Assembly (NCBI GenBank): GCA_900088475.1
Contig: FLMG01001983.1
Coordinates: forward strand, 54,116 to 118,115
Reading direction: 5' to 3'
Length of the DNA stretch: 64,000 nt
DNA from: Hyphochytrium catenoides
Taxonomy: Eukaryota; Protista; Hyphochytriomycota
Positions within the stretch are counted from its first letter, which is position 1. Every line of letters begins with the position of its first letter. Below the pieces are notes generated by a model. That model made no database searches, had not been told where the DNA came from, and saw only the letters and a list, made by a program, of their open reading frames with translations. Positions 40,573-51,811 of the stretch are shown in pieces. Position numbers and translations under genes: made by a program.

Positions 40573-42521
40573 CTAGGACCGCCAGGTATCCTTTGGTACG
40601 TCCCTACGCAAATCTGGGAACAGCAAGGATCGATCCCGCCGTAAGGAAACAAGCTTTTTGTTCTAGTCCCCTTGTGTCGTTATCGTACGCCTTTGGTTGC
40701 GAAGCTCTGCTCTAAAGCGAAGCAGTACTCGACAGTTCTGTATGACATGCGGATGAAGCTTATCGAAAGTGATTGAGCTTCGGCAAGCGGCGGATGTGAG
40801 CGAGTTAGTGTTGGACATCTCATACAACAGACTTTCTCGTCTTTCCTTGCGCTGAGAGGGACTTTCGCGCCGTTCCTCTGTCTCTCTCCTACTCTGTCTC
40901 CCACGATGTGGACAAGGTCTGTAGCTTTGTCCACAGAAGGTGCAGACCATGTTCTCTGTCATGTCTCCTCTGTCTCGTTAGGTTGAACCTTTGTACCCGC
41001 ACCTCTTTGCACTCTTTGTCCTGCTGTTACATTCTCTTTTTGGTGTGTGAGAGTCTTTCTTCGGCGCTGTTCCTTCCCTTGTCTCTCTTCGGAAACTATT
41101 GTACAGTGAAATCTCAGATGCATTGCAGTCCCGGTAATAATATGCCCGCTGCCACTGGAGCAGTACGGCTATAAGGGGAACAATTTAGTAGTAGTAATAA
41201 AGGTAGGATAAAAGCCCCAGTAAGCATAATTGTCTAATCGCCGTTTGGCTCATCTTTTGATCGGTTAGCGCCACAAGACATTACCAGAAGTATAGCTCTG
41301 TTGGTTTTGTGGAACAAAGCAGAGAGTTTTTTGGGAGGCAAAAACACAATCAAAAGAGCTGTACGACAGTAGAACGACAACGTAGTACATGTACATGTAG
41401 CCCTATGGGTGCATGACGCCACAGCGGTCAGGGCAAACCGCCTATGTGCTGAGTACAGTACTGGGGGTTGGCCTTGCAAGGTAGGGGATGGCTGCGGACC
41501 CCCTGGACGGCTAACACCCTTGCCCCCTTGCAACTCTCGAGGTTTGTACCACCGTGTACAGCTGTAGTGTGCTTGTCCTTGCTTCTTGAGGAATATAAGG
41601 AGGGACACAAGCCTTTCTCCCAGGTCTTTGGTGCCCCTTGTGCATTTGCCTTACTCACGCTCATCCAACTTTTCTTATAGGTGACATCGTCAAGGGGTGA
41701 TAACAATCATTGGGGAAGTAACATCAAATTCAATAATAGTCCGAGGGGTGGTTTTGTATAGCGCTTAGTAAGCCTGATCCTGGTCCGCTAACATTCTGCC
41801 CATCTTAAGGTATATAAGCGTTAGAGAGCTATTCTTACCTAATCATGAACCTCACTGTAACTCCCATATGCTCCTCCTAGCGGCTTCTGATGTTTGACCT
41901 TCAAAGTCTAAACCTGTTCCGCCTCCTGTCATGCTCCACCTGCCCGTGAGAGAGAGTGCCGGTTCACGGTAACACCTGTATGAAGGGAAAGGAAGAGCGG
42001 AGCCATAGTCCTCTACTTTAGCCCTTGGTTCATACAACAACACACTTCGGGGATACTGTACATTCTTTTGTTGTCCAAGATCAGCGTCACAACACCCTGC
42101 CGCTCCTTAGCCTAGCGCCTTGATGAGAACTCGGCGATAGAACGGAGGAGCAGGTGGGCCTGGTCAGAGACTGGCAACGGATGATCATGTCCTGTCGACA
42201 TTGGCTAGTGCAGCAGGTGGACGCAGATCTATTGCCACTTCTTCTGCTATAATAGACCACCGTCGCGTGACTCATTGGTAGGAGTGGTCAAAAAGCGCAT
42301 GGAGCCAACCTGGACATCCGAACCAAGTTCAACTTGGTGAAGGTGATGTTCAACAGCGTGGGTTTGGAGGCTGGGGCCATGGATGTAGATCAGGGCCAAA
42401 GCTATAGCAGGTACTACTTTGACCTCCCTCGTCGCTGCCAAGATCTCTTGGCCGCAAGTCGCTGTTTTTCGGTGCGGACACAGTCTTGGCTAATGAGTTT
42501 TGAGGCCATACCGCTCTAGAG

Positions 42522-45500
42522 ATGGGTCAAGATCGAAGTAGTAGCTCTTTTCCAGAGCAGTCTGCTGCCAATGAGAGGAGTACGCCCTTTTCAGGAGGAG
42601 CCGGTCTGACGCAGCAACCAGTGGAGGGAGCTGGACCGTGGAAGGCGACCGAAGATCCAAACTCTGCTCCAATTGTCGGCATAGAAACGAGGACCTCTGG
42701 TGGCAGCTGTCAGCATACAGCGGGACAAGCGGCATCAGTACAGAACATGCCTACGCCAGATATGAAGAGGCGAGGGCTACCAAAGCCGCTCAAGTCCACC
42801 ACCGTCGCTGTTTTCTTTCTGACATTAGCGCAAATAACCACCCTACTCCCCTTCCCAGATATCTATCAGCGTCTCTCTGCAGCTTGTATGCTCTTTGCTG
42901 GAGGTGCCGCTTCTTATCTTCTAGTGCTGGGTTTCTGCTGCAAGGTGTTCCCCAGGAACACCATCACGCCCATCCTACTCGACCGGTTTTTCCATCCTAT
43001 CAGAAACTGGCAGCAGGAGCTTCTTAGGACATTCTTGGAGCTCTTCTTGGGTTTCTTGGTGCTAGTGTCGACCTACACATACTTCCAGAGCTTTCCCCTT
43101 GCTCTCTCAAGTAGCACTATTATTGTCTTAGGCCTCTCAGCAAGCTTTGAAGCAAAAAAGGTCCCTCTCTCCCAGATGGAGAGGCTTCTCACAGCCTCGC
43201 TTATCAGCTCTCTTCAGGTTTCGGGGTCCAAGCGCTCACTTACCTTCATTAAGCTGGCTATTCTCACAATCTGCCTTACGGTGGTACCGTATGCTTTATT
43301 CAGTGTCGCGGCAGAACTCCAATCAACTACAATGTCTACGTTAATCCCAGCTAAATTTGAAGGCGTCAGCGTAGCGTATCTACTCATGCTGATGGTGGCC
43401 GCATCCTTCATATGTGCAGGAGAGCTTCTAGTTCACTGGGGACCAACGCATTCGATAGGACTTATAGTGAGGGAAAGACTGATCAATAGCGGAAGAAACT
43501 GGGAATACCATACAGTCCGCTCAGTAATTGAGGTTGTAGGGTCTTTGGTGGCTACCTGGGTAACATATGCCAGCTTTGAAGACGCCTTGTTATCGATACA
43601 GCTAGGGACTCTGGCGGGTATCATGCTCGTAGTGCTTGGAAACTGGTGGTGCACCCGGGGATTGGTTAGATCCGAGGAGGAAAGGATAAGACTGGAAACA
43701 GAGGTTACTGGACAAGAGGAAGACACCACCTTGAGAGGATTAGTTGGAACTCGCCCGGTCCGAGAGAATGAGCATCAGTTCAAGGTCCTCCCGTTACTCT
43801 GTCTTGTGGGCTACGTCGGAATAAAGGCAATCAACGTCATCTTCCTCAACTTCCACGACATTGCTCTTGCTATCGTTCTTACTACGTTGGCCTGTGTTCC
43901 CCTCATCTTCCTGACGGAGTTTCTCCTTCTCTGGCCGCCTACACGCCTGATCGGTCAGGTACTGCAGGACCGGTGGCTGCTGGCCAGGCGGAACTGGCAG
44001 CAGTTCCCCGTTCGGTCCTTCATCGAGGTGGGCTGCTGGCTAGGTGTTATATACGGTACTTATGCCTTATACAAGGACCTGGTTACGGCCATAAAAGTGG
44101 GAACGCTATCGGTAGTCATTGTTGTCATGACAGGGGAATACCTCCTTCGCTGCAGCAACCTCGCAGGGCGGCAGGGAGAGATGAGTGCAAACACATCGAA
44201 ACTTGTTCCCTTGTTATGTCTTCTAGTGGGCTATGTGGGAGCCGTAGCGTTTAACGTCATCTACACTTCTCTCAGCCGCTTCGACGTAGCATTCATCCTT
44301 GCTACACTAGTTAGCATCGGCTGCATAGGGTTAGGCGAGCTTGTTGTCTCCTGCAAGCCTACGTTTTGGGCAGGCTTTGTTTTGCAGGATCGACTGATAA
44401 ATGTCAAGGACAACTGGAAACATTTCCCGCTTCGGTCTCTTATTGAAGTGGGCATATGGACATCTGTTGCCTACGGTTCTTATGTCATCTACTACGATCC
44501 TTTCGCTGCCATACAGCTGGCTACTCTCTCAGGAATGATTGTAGCTCTCAGCACTGAGTACTTTCTCCCAAAGTCTGCCGCCACATTAGTGAATGCCGGG
44601 GTCTTTTCTCCCGCCTTCACCTCGGAGGAGGAGACAGCGAGTGACCCTAACATTCCTCCTTTCTCTATTCTGGCGCTCGTGGCCTATGCCATCTGTGGGG
44701 CCATGTACCTCATTTATGAGAACTTTCGGGGCTTAGAATTGGCGTTTGTGCTTGCGACACTTGCGGGTGTAATGTTCGCCCTTGTCAGCCAGTTGTTGAT
44801 CATGTGGAGACCCACGAGAACTGTAGGGGCCATCTTGCAAAGTAGAGTCGTTCACTTTGTCTCTAATTGGCAAGATGCACCTATACGGTCCTTTGTGGAA
44901 CTCGGGAGCTGGCTTTGTGTCATCTATGGCTCCTATGCCATCTTCCATGACCTCATGATGGCAATACAGCTCGGAACCTTTTCTGCGATGGTGGTGGTCT
45001 TAGGAGGAGAGGCGCTTAAACGTCGCTTCGGCTTATCTCCAATTGTGCCCTCCATGAGTGAAAGAGCCAAAGAGGAGACGGAGCCGCAAAGTAGGATGTT
45101 CCCTTTGATCTGTCTTTTTGGGTACGTGGGACTTGGAGCGTTTAATTTCATCTTCGACAATTTCAGAGCTATAGAGATAGCGCTCCTTCTCTCCACCATG
45201 ACCGGCATAGCTTTCATTGTCGTGGGAGACATTTTTGTGAGCTGGGGCCCCACGAAGACTGCAGGCACAATCCTTCAGAAAAGGGTGCTTAACATGGGGC
45301 TCAACTGGAGACTCTTTCCACTTCGGTCGTTCGTGGAGACCGGCTTCATGGGAGGCGTAACGTACGGGAGCTATGCCATATATTCTGATCTGGCAGTGGC
45401 AGTACAATTAGGTGTACTATCCACTATTCTTATAATCTTAACGGGGGAGAGTCTGGGAAAGAATGTCCAAGTACTCAAGCTCCGACTTCAGGAGAGAAGA

Positions 45501-47400
45501 GGCAAGACCGACGGAGAGGCCGATAAGAATGGAAAAGACCAGGCCAACTCTTACGAGAGTGAAGATGAGGCTGAAGATGAGAGCACGTCTGAGTCAAAGA
45601 TACTCCCTCTTCCCCTGATTTCGCTATTTGGTTTCGTGGGTGTAGTTGCTTTCAACACAATCTATTCAAACTTCAAGAACATCAGAGTGGCATTCTTTTT
45701 AGCAACGGTGACAGGCGTCCTCTTCGTGGTAGCTGGCGACCTCTTCGTTATCTGGTGTCCTACAAGGCAAGCGGGCTTGGCGCTGCAGAGTCGCGTGATC
45801 CATGCTAAGGTCAACTGGAACCAACGGCCCATTCGATCTCTTCTCGAAATCGGAGGGACTGTGCTTGTGAGTTGGTCCACATGGTGCTATTACCATGACA
45901 TCATCGCTGCAGTGCAGTGGGGCACAATAGCTGGAATAAGCGTCGTTTTGATTGGGGAGAGTGTCAGGAAGCGCCTGAGGAGCATTGAAAGGCGGCTGGA
46001 GAACGGACAATTCTCGGACTCCAGGTACATGAGGCTTCACCTACTTGCCTTGCCTTCATCCATGCCCACATGTTATTTCCTCTCCTCATGCTGTTCTTTT
46101 CGGGCGTGGTCTGTATGTCTGCAACTCGCCCTTGCGCCTTGTCTTTTACTTATTTGTAAGACTCGCCTATGTCACACCTTAGATCTAACTCTCCGCATGC
46201 TTCTCTTTCCCCCATGTTTATCCGCACCATCCGATTCACGTTCATTCGCACGAACCCCAATCTTCTCCCGTCTTACGATGTTATACTTCCAGCGATTCGC
46301 CTCTTCTCAGCTTGCCGTACGATACACTGTTTGAGGTTGCCACATACCTCACTCCCGAAGAGCTATTAGAGGTCCGGCTGTGCAATAAGCGGATAAATCA
46401 GCTACTAACCGCAGAAGCCAGCAGGTATTGGCGGCACGTTTCAGAGAAGATCAGAGGAGTTATGCGCACATCAGCGGTCGTGGAGGTGCGTTCCACACTG
46501 TGCGAAGTCATAAAGACTCTTAGTGCATATTCCAGAAGGCTCTGGAACGATAAGAGGTAAGGAGCCGTCAGAGCCAAATTCTTTGCTGCGTGGCCCGGGT
46601 CACCGGTTGCCGCTTGCACTGATCCTTTAGATATTTCCTATTCGTGCACTCTTTTCGTTATGAGAGTCTGTTTGTCCATCCTCAAGCTACCCACCAAGCT
46701 CACACCCTTGACGATTCCTGCAGATTCTCTCTCTTTCCAGTCCAACTTAGCCGGCACTCGCAGCAGTCCCTACAGTGGGTCCACGTGAACGCCGCTTGGA
46801 TAAGGGAGCAGAACATGGTCCCGATGACTGGCGCGGTAGTCTGGTACGAAGTCTCCAGGGGAGATCCGCTGCCAGCCGGGCACTTGACTGATTTCCACTT
46901 GCTCATACTTTCTTCTCCATGTCCTTGTTTAAGTTCTCTCCTCTGTCGTATGTGATGCACGGTTGTGTCCACAAAGGGTGCTTGCGGTCGGCCATTTTTT
47001 AGACTACTCTGTATACTGACACCTCTCCGTCCCTCTATGTTTAGTCTGGAACCAGGCCAAGCAGGCTATGAGATTTTCCGCCACATCCCGGACAAGGTAA
47101 GTGTACAGAAGGGCTGAAGGGGCATGAGTCAGCATTAGGAGCTAACACATCTTCCTGTAGGCGACACTCGGAATCACCATAAAGACTGAAGGAGGGATTC
47201 GCCGCATCTGCATTCCTGGGCCACTCTATACTAAGCTGCAGAAAGACCCTGTGAGCTTTGTGGCCTCCGCCACAGTAGGAATGAGCCGCCCTCTTTCCAT
47301 GTTCGGCGTTCTTACGCTGTTGGTTTTCACAATGACTCTAATTGTCACAGGCCACTGCCTTTATGACTTTGCAATGGGCCTGCTAGATAAATTTTATTAG
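42522..47400 (+). CDS. Uncharacterised polytopic membrane protein: seven ~4-TM repeats, F-box, C-terminal TM (~1386 aa, 5 exons)
   Basis: Exons 42522-46024, 46311-46556, 46724-46843, 47045-47096 and 47161-47400 total 4161 nt in frame. Seven copies of a (W/C)xPT..G.(I/V)LQxR.....NW...PxRS..E core lie among hydrophobic helices. Exon 2 gives the F-box pattern SLPYDTLFEVATYLTPEELLEVRLCNKRINQLL. Confidence 0.85.
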
Positions 47401-47619
47401 GCCCATTCAGTGCTATTTATAAAGTTCAATAGATGACCTCCTCACACATTTGAGGCCCATACTGTTGGCTCATAGAGTGTCCTGCTGTGCTCATACTTTG
47501 TCAGCACCTCACTTTCCAGCTCTTCATGGTCCTGTACAATGACGTCTCGAGACCAGTCCATCTTTCTCACACTATTCATCTATCTCTGCCATTCTCATAT
47601 GTACTATTGATGTTCATCA

Positions 47620-50473
47620 TCAGGAGGTGGCGACCTCCGCTACTGCTATTGGTCCGGCCCCTGCACTCTCGAAATCTGCTATCGTTTTCGCCTCCATGAC
47701 CCGCTTTGGAGGCCGCTTTTTGCTAAAAAAATCTTCACCTGGAAGCTCACAGGCATCTGGAGTTTGGCAGAGCGCAGGCAGAGATCCGCTCTCCAACTGA
47801 ATGACAATGTAGAAAGAGACAAGCATTCACAATGGAGATCAGAGCGGTGTACAGATAGGAAAGACAGCCAGGAAAGCAGATGACATTCCAGAAAGGGATT
47901 TTGCTTCTACACCTCCTCCTCTTCGCTTTGCGAGGCTCTCGTACCTTAGTGAAGAAGCGGACTCCAGTCTTCTTCACAACCTCCTCGATCGGTACTATGA
48001 ACTTCTCCAGCGGCATGTCAGCAGGAATAGCAGCATTAGGCAGTACAAAGCACTGCGCGGAGAGTGAGAGTGTAAGGTCCTCTTTTGTCTCGATTGCTTG
48101 CCTAAACACTCTTCTCTCGTAGGCGAGCGTTTGATCTGGACTTATTTCCGCGGGCATCCGAACGGCAAGGACGATCTTAAAGAAGTGGGTCGGAACAGCA
48201 ATATGTCCGTCCTCTCCTATCACTTCGTACACCATCCGACGCCGCCCTGCTTCGTCAGGAGGCTGAATCATGAACAGCAAGTAGAGCCACATGCGGAAGA
48301 TCGGAAGGAGTCAGGGCAAAAGGTTAGGAGAGTTAGAGCTGCGTGGAGTCAATTCTAAGGGCATGGTGCCAACGAGTGAATAGCGATTGTCGACAAAAAG
48401 GTCAAATGTAGGTACTGCCAGTCAGAAGCAGTAGTTGTCGGCACCCTCTAACAGAAACCTAATGTACTCGCAGCATGCCAAAGACACCAACACGCAAATA
48501 ACTGTACAGAAGCGTACTCTTGGCTTGAGGTGACAAGATGGATCAAGGCTCGGTTCCGCTGAGACTACGTCAGCTGAAGGCCTCTTCGTATCCTACCTGT
48601 GGCAGCCAAAGGGGTCCTGAGATGACGTACACGACTCCTACGTCTTTGTTTCTATTGACTAGCCGGCGAGTAAACTCTTCCAGTCTAGCCCAATAGTCGC
48701 GGTTAAAGCCTTTCCCAACTTGAGGACTGATGTTGGTCATGTAGAAGGTTTCGTCCATTGCCTCTTGACTTATAGAGGCGCCGGCTAAGGAGGGAAAGAG
48801 TCCATCAGCAGGAGAAATTTGGGACAGGCAGAGATAGCGTACTGGGGAGAACAACGATCGAGGAGAGATCCTTATGTTTAGAAACGAAGTGAAGTCACGG
48901 TGGGAGAAACAGTAGTCAGTAGTGAAGTTCCGACCTCCCAGTGGATGCGTTCAAAGGGCTGTCAACTTTGTGTGGAAGCCTGACGTAGATACGCCCGATG
49001 ATGGAACAGAAGAGAGATTAAGAGGCCACCACAAGGAAGAAGAGCCCATTAGATAGCAGTGCTGCGTAGAGAGAGGAAAGAGAGGCAGAAGATAGAGAGA
49101 AGGGACTGTCTAGAGCCTACTAACCTGCCGGTGCAAGGTGTCCTCTGTCATAGCCGGAGCGGAAGAAGTCACTGGGCCTCACCTGGAAGAGCTCCAGAAT
49201 ATCTGGATCAGGTCTGAAGACAGAACGGCTCCGAGTGGGGGAGGACTTTGATCCGTCTCCAGTACTTTCTCCCGCTTCTCCTTCTGATCTAACTGGGTCT
49301 TGTACCTCTTTCTTCTTCACTCGTTTCGTCAGCCTCTCCACTGTGAACAGTGGGTTCCTCGTCCTTTCGCAGAAAGAGAGAGAGGACGCATTAGTTAGGT
49401 CCTCCAGACTTTCAAAGACAGTAATATAACAATTTTCTGGGCCTGTATCCTAAGTAGCTGAGGAACGGGGAGGGAAATGAACTAAGGGAGAGAGTATAGA
49501 TAGACAGACAGAAAGAAAGAGATGAGCGCCAGAAATAGAGAGGAGAAACTTAGGTATTCGTGTGCATGGGTGTGGAAGAGAGAGAGAAATACAGTGAGAG
49601 AAAAAGAAGAGAGAGAGAGAGAGAAAAGAGAGAGAGAGAGAAAGAGAGAGAAAAAGCGAGGGCGAGAGAAAGCCAGTGAGAGAAGAGAAGAGAGAGAGAG
49701 AGAAAAAGAGAAAACGGGAGAGAGACGAGAGGGCGAGAGAGAGAGAGAGTGAGAGAGAGAGAGAGAGAAAGAGAAAGAGAGAGAGAGAAGACAGAGAGAG
49801 AGAGAGTATGAGAGGGAGAGATAGAAAGACCAGATAGGCAGATGACGGCCTCACCGCACATCATAGGCCACGGAGTAGCTAGTCCGATGCAGCAGAGGCG
49901 CTACAATCTCAGGAGCCCCAAAGATTGAGATGCCTTGCCAAGCTTCTGAGCTTATCTCTTTACTTCTTTTCTCTTCCTCGTTGTCCTTCTTCTCTCTCCT
50001 TATGGCCGCTTCTTCATTTGGTCCCCTGGCAAGGTCGCTCTTCTTAAGTCTTTCTAGTGGCTGTGGGCGATCGCTGCCAGCTCTGTAGCCGAAGTGATAA
50101 CCAAGATACGCGCTGACGAGGGCCCTGGAAGTAAGATGTTGGGCTTAGACAACGGTGTTGCTCAGCGGAATCGGGCCAAAAAGATAGAAAAAGAGTGCAA
50201 TAAGATAAGAAATATTGAACAGACTTTGGTCTAACAGGAAACCTGGATGGGAAACAATAAGCAGCCCGGGTCTCAACGGAGGAGAAGGGCAAATGAAGGA
50301 TAGAGGAAAGTTGAGATGAGGACCTTGAGAGGGGAGACTAAGACGGTGAAAGAGGAGAGGGCGCGCGGGAGAGAGAGAGAGAGAGCGAAGAGAGAGGGTG
50401 AGAAAGAGAAAGAGAGAGAGAAAGAGAGATGGGGGAAGACGGCAGGGGCGAGATAGAAGAGAGAGAGAGAGAG

Positions 50474-50510
<37 letters not shown>

Positions 50511-51279
50511 CTGCAAATTGGAACAGGGAAGAGAGAGAAGGACAGCGATAGGGAATAGAGACCACTATGCAATTCGAAGAGACTCACCCTAAGAGGCCCA
50601 AACTCGCCAATGCGGAAGAGGAAAATGGCAAAGCTCTGGCCTCTTCTCGTTCATTCTCTGCCTGAAATCCTCTTCTCTCATTCCGCTTGCCTGTATCTCT
50701 ATTTCTCAGTCTCTGTCCTCCCGGGTCTCTTCCTCTTCGCGCATAAGAAAGTGAGCGGCTGTGCTGCTGCCCAGAGTGTGTGGGAAGGGTGAGNNNNNNN
50801 NNNNNNNNNNNNNNNNNNNNNNNNNNNNNNNNNNNNNNNNNNNNNNNNNNNNNNNNNNNNNNNNNNNNNNNNNNNNNNNNNNNNNNNNNNNNNNNNNNNN
50901 NNNNNNNNNNNNNNNNNNNNNNNNNNNNNNNNNNNNNNNNNNNNNNNNNNNNNNNNNNNNNNNNNNNNNNNNNNNNNNNNNNNNNNNNNNNNNNNNNNNN
51001 NNNNNNNNNNNNNNNNNNNNNNNNNNNNNNTCTTCTCTCATTCCGCTTGCCTGTATCTCTACTTCTCAGTCTCTGTCCTCCCGGGTCTCTTCCCCTTCGC
51101 GCATAAGAAAGTGAGCGGCTGTGCTGCTGCCCAGAGTGTGTGAGAAGGGTGAGACGACGGGCTACGTGGGAGCCTTTCAGTCCCCAAGGATTTGAAGGAG
51201 AATAAAGGCCTGAGAGACGGGCACCCCAGCGGCTGGAAGAGCTGCCCTGCAGCCTTCTCCCTACGCCGATAACTTCCAT
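47620..51279 (-). CDS. Endonuclease G/EXOG-like (Nuc1 family) DNA/RNA nuclease, probably mitochondrial, 6 exons
   Basis: SYSVAYDVR|TRNPLFTVERL, catalytic SGYDRGHLAPA, ETFYMTNISPQVGKGFNRDYWARLEE, VISGPLWLP, IAVPTHFFKI, FVLPN, LCQTPDAC. Arg/Ser-rich N-terminus then hydrophobic ALASLGLLG|ALVSAYLGYHFGY. Exon 1 is disturbed by the gap at 50794-51030. Confidence 0.9.
49520..49830. repeat. (GA)n-rich microsatellite tract in EndoG intron 2
   Basis: Directly visible; CT-rich on the coding strand. Confidence 0.95.
50369..50510. repeat. (GA)n/(CA)n microsatellite in EndoG intron 1
   Basis: gagagagagagagacacacacacacacagagagagag visible. Confidence 0.95.
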
Positions 51280-51505
51280 GGGGCGAGAGAGAAGGGCTCT
51301 GCTAGCGGGGCAGCCACACAGCTGAGGATAGACCTCAAGGAGGGATCAAGAGACGAAACAGAAGGAGGGAGAGAGCGAGAGAGGGAGCTACGAAGGCAGT
51401 ACTGCGAGGCCAATAAGGGCGGTTTCTCTCTCTTGTCCGAGCCTTCACGAGCACAAGTGATGTAAGGGGAGAGGGAGAAAAGAAAGTGTGTTAGGGGGCG
51501 ACGGC

Positions 51506-51509
<4 letters not shown>

Positions 51510-51552
<43 letters not shown>
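51510..51552. repeat. Perfect (GA)n microsatellite of about 21 units upstream of EndoG
   Basis: Directly visible. Confidence 0.97.
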
Positions 51553-51557
<5 letters not shown>

Positions 51558-51811
51558 AGAAAGAAGGCGCCGATGAGCTGAAAGAAGCCAGCTCCAGGCT
51601 CACAGGGAATGAGAAAGAAGGATCAGAACTACAAGTAATGACCTCGATGCGGAATACATTTGGGTAGGTGATGGATTAGTCATCGCTCTGTATAACTCTA
51701 TAATGACTGACAATCAGGTACTTTACAACAGCTTGGGCGGCTAATCTATAGGAGAGTATCTTGCAGTACAGTGCCAACAGAGTTGAACGGACAGACAGAG
51801 CATGGAGAAGT

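Noticed and set aside
42281-42412. HGANLDIRTK ankyrin-like peptide upstream of the TM-F-box gene
   Set aside because: Single short match with an in-frame stop upstream; it cannot be spliced in phase to the main ORF through the nearest acceptor.
42522-46024. TM-F-box protein as an ATG8 receptor because it is divergent from ATG8
   Set aside because: No convincing acidic LIR/AIM motif in the soluble loops, and adjacency is explained by the general head-to-head layout.
46025-46334. Last ~100 aa of the 1270-aa track ORF
   Set aside because: Read-through into a pyrimidine-rich GT-AG intron (46025-46310); the spliced frame gives the F-box instead.
49450-50592. Track ORFs rich in LSLSLS or ERERER, also those at 2542-4031
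   Set aside because: These are translations of GA/GAA microsatellites.
50671-51153. 123-bp direct repeat (50671-50793 vs 51031-51153, 3 substitutions) in EndoG exon 1
   Set aside because: The copies sit exactly on either side of an N gap, which is typical of unmerged allelic contig ends rather than a real duplication or TE.
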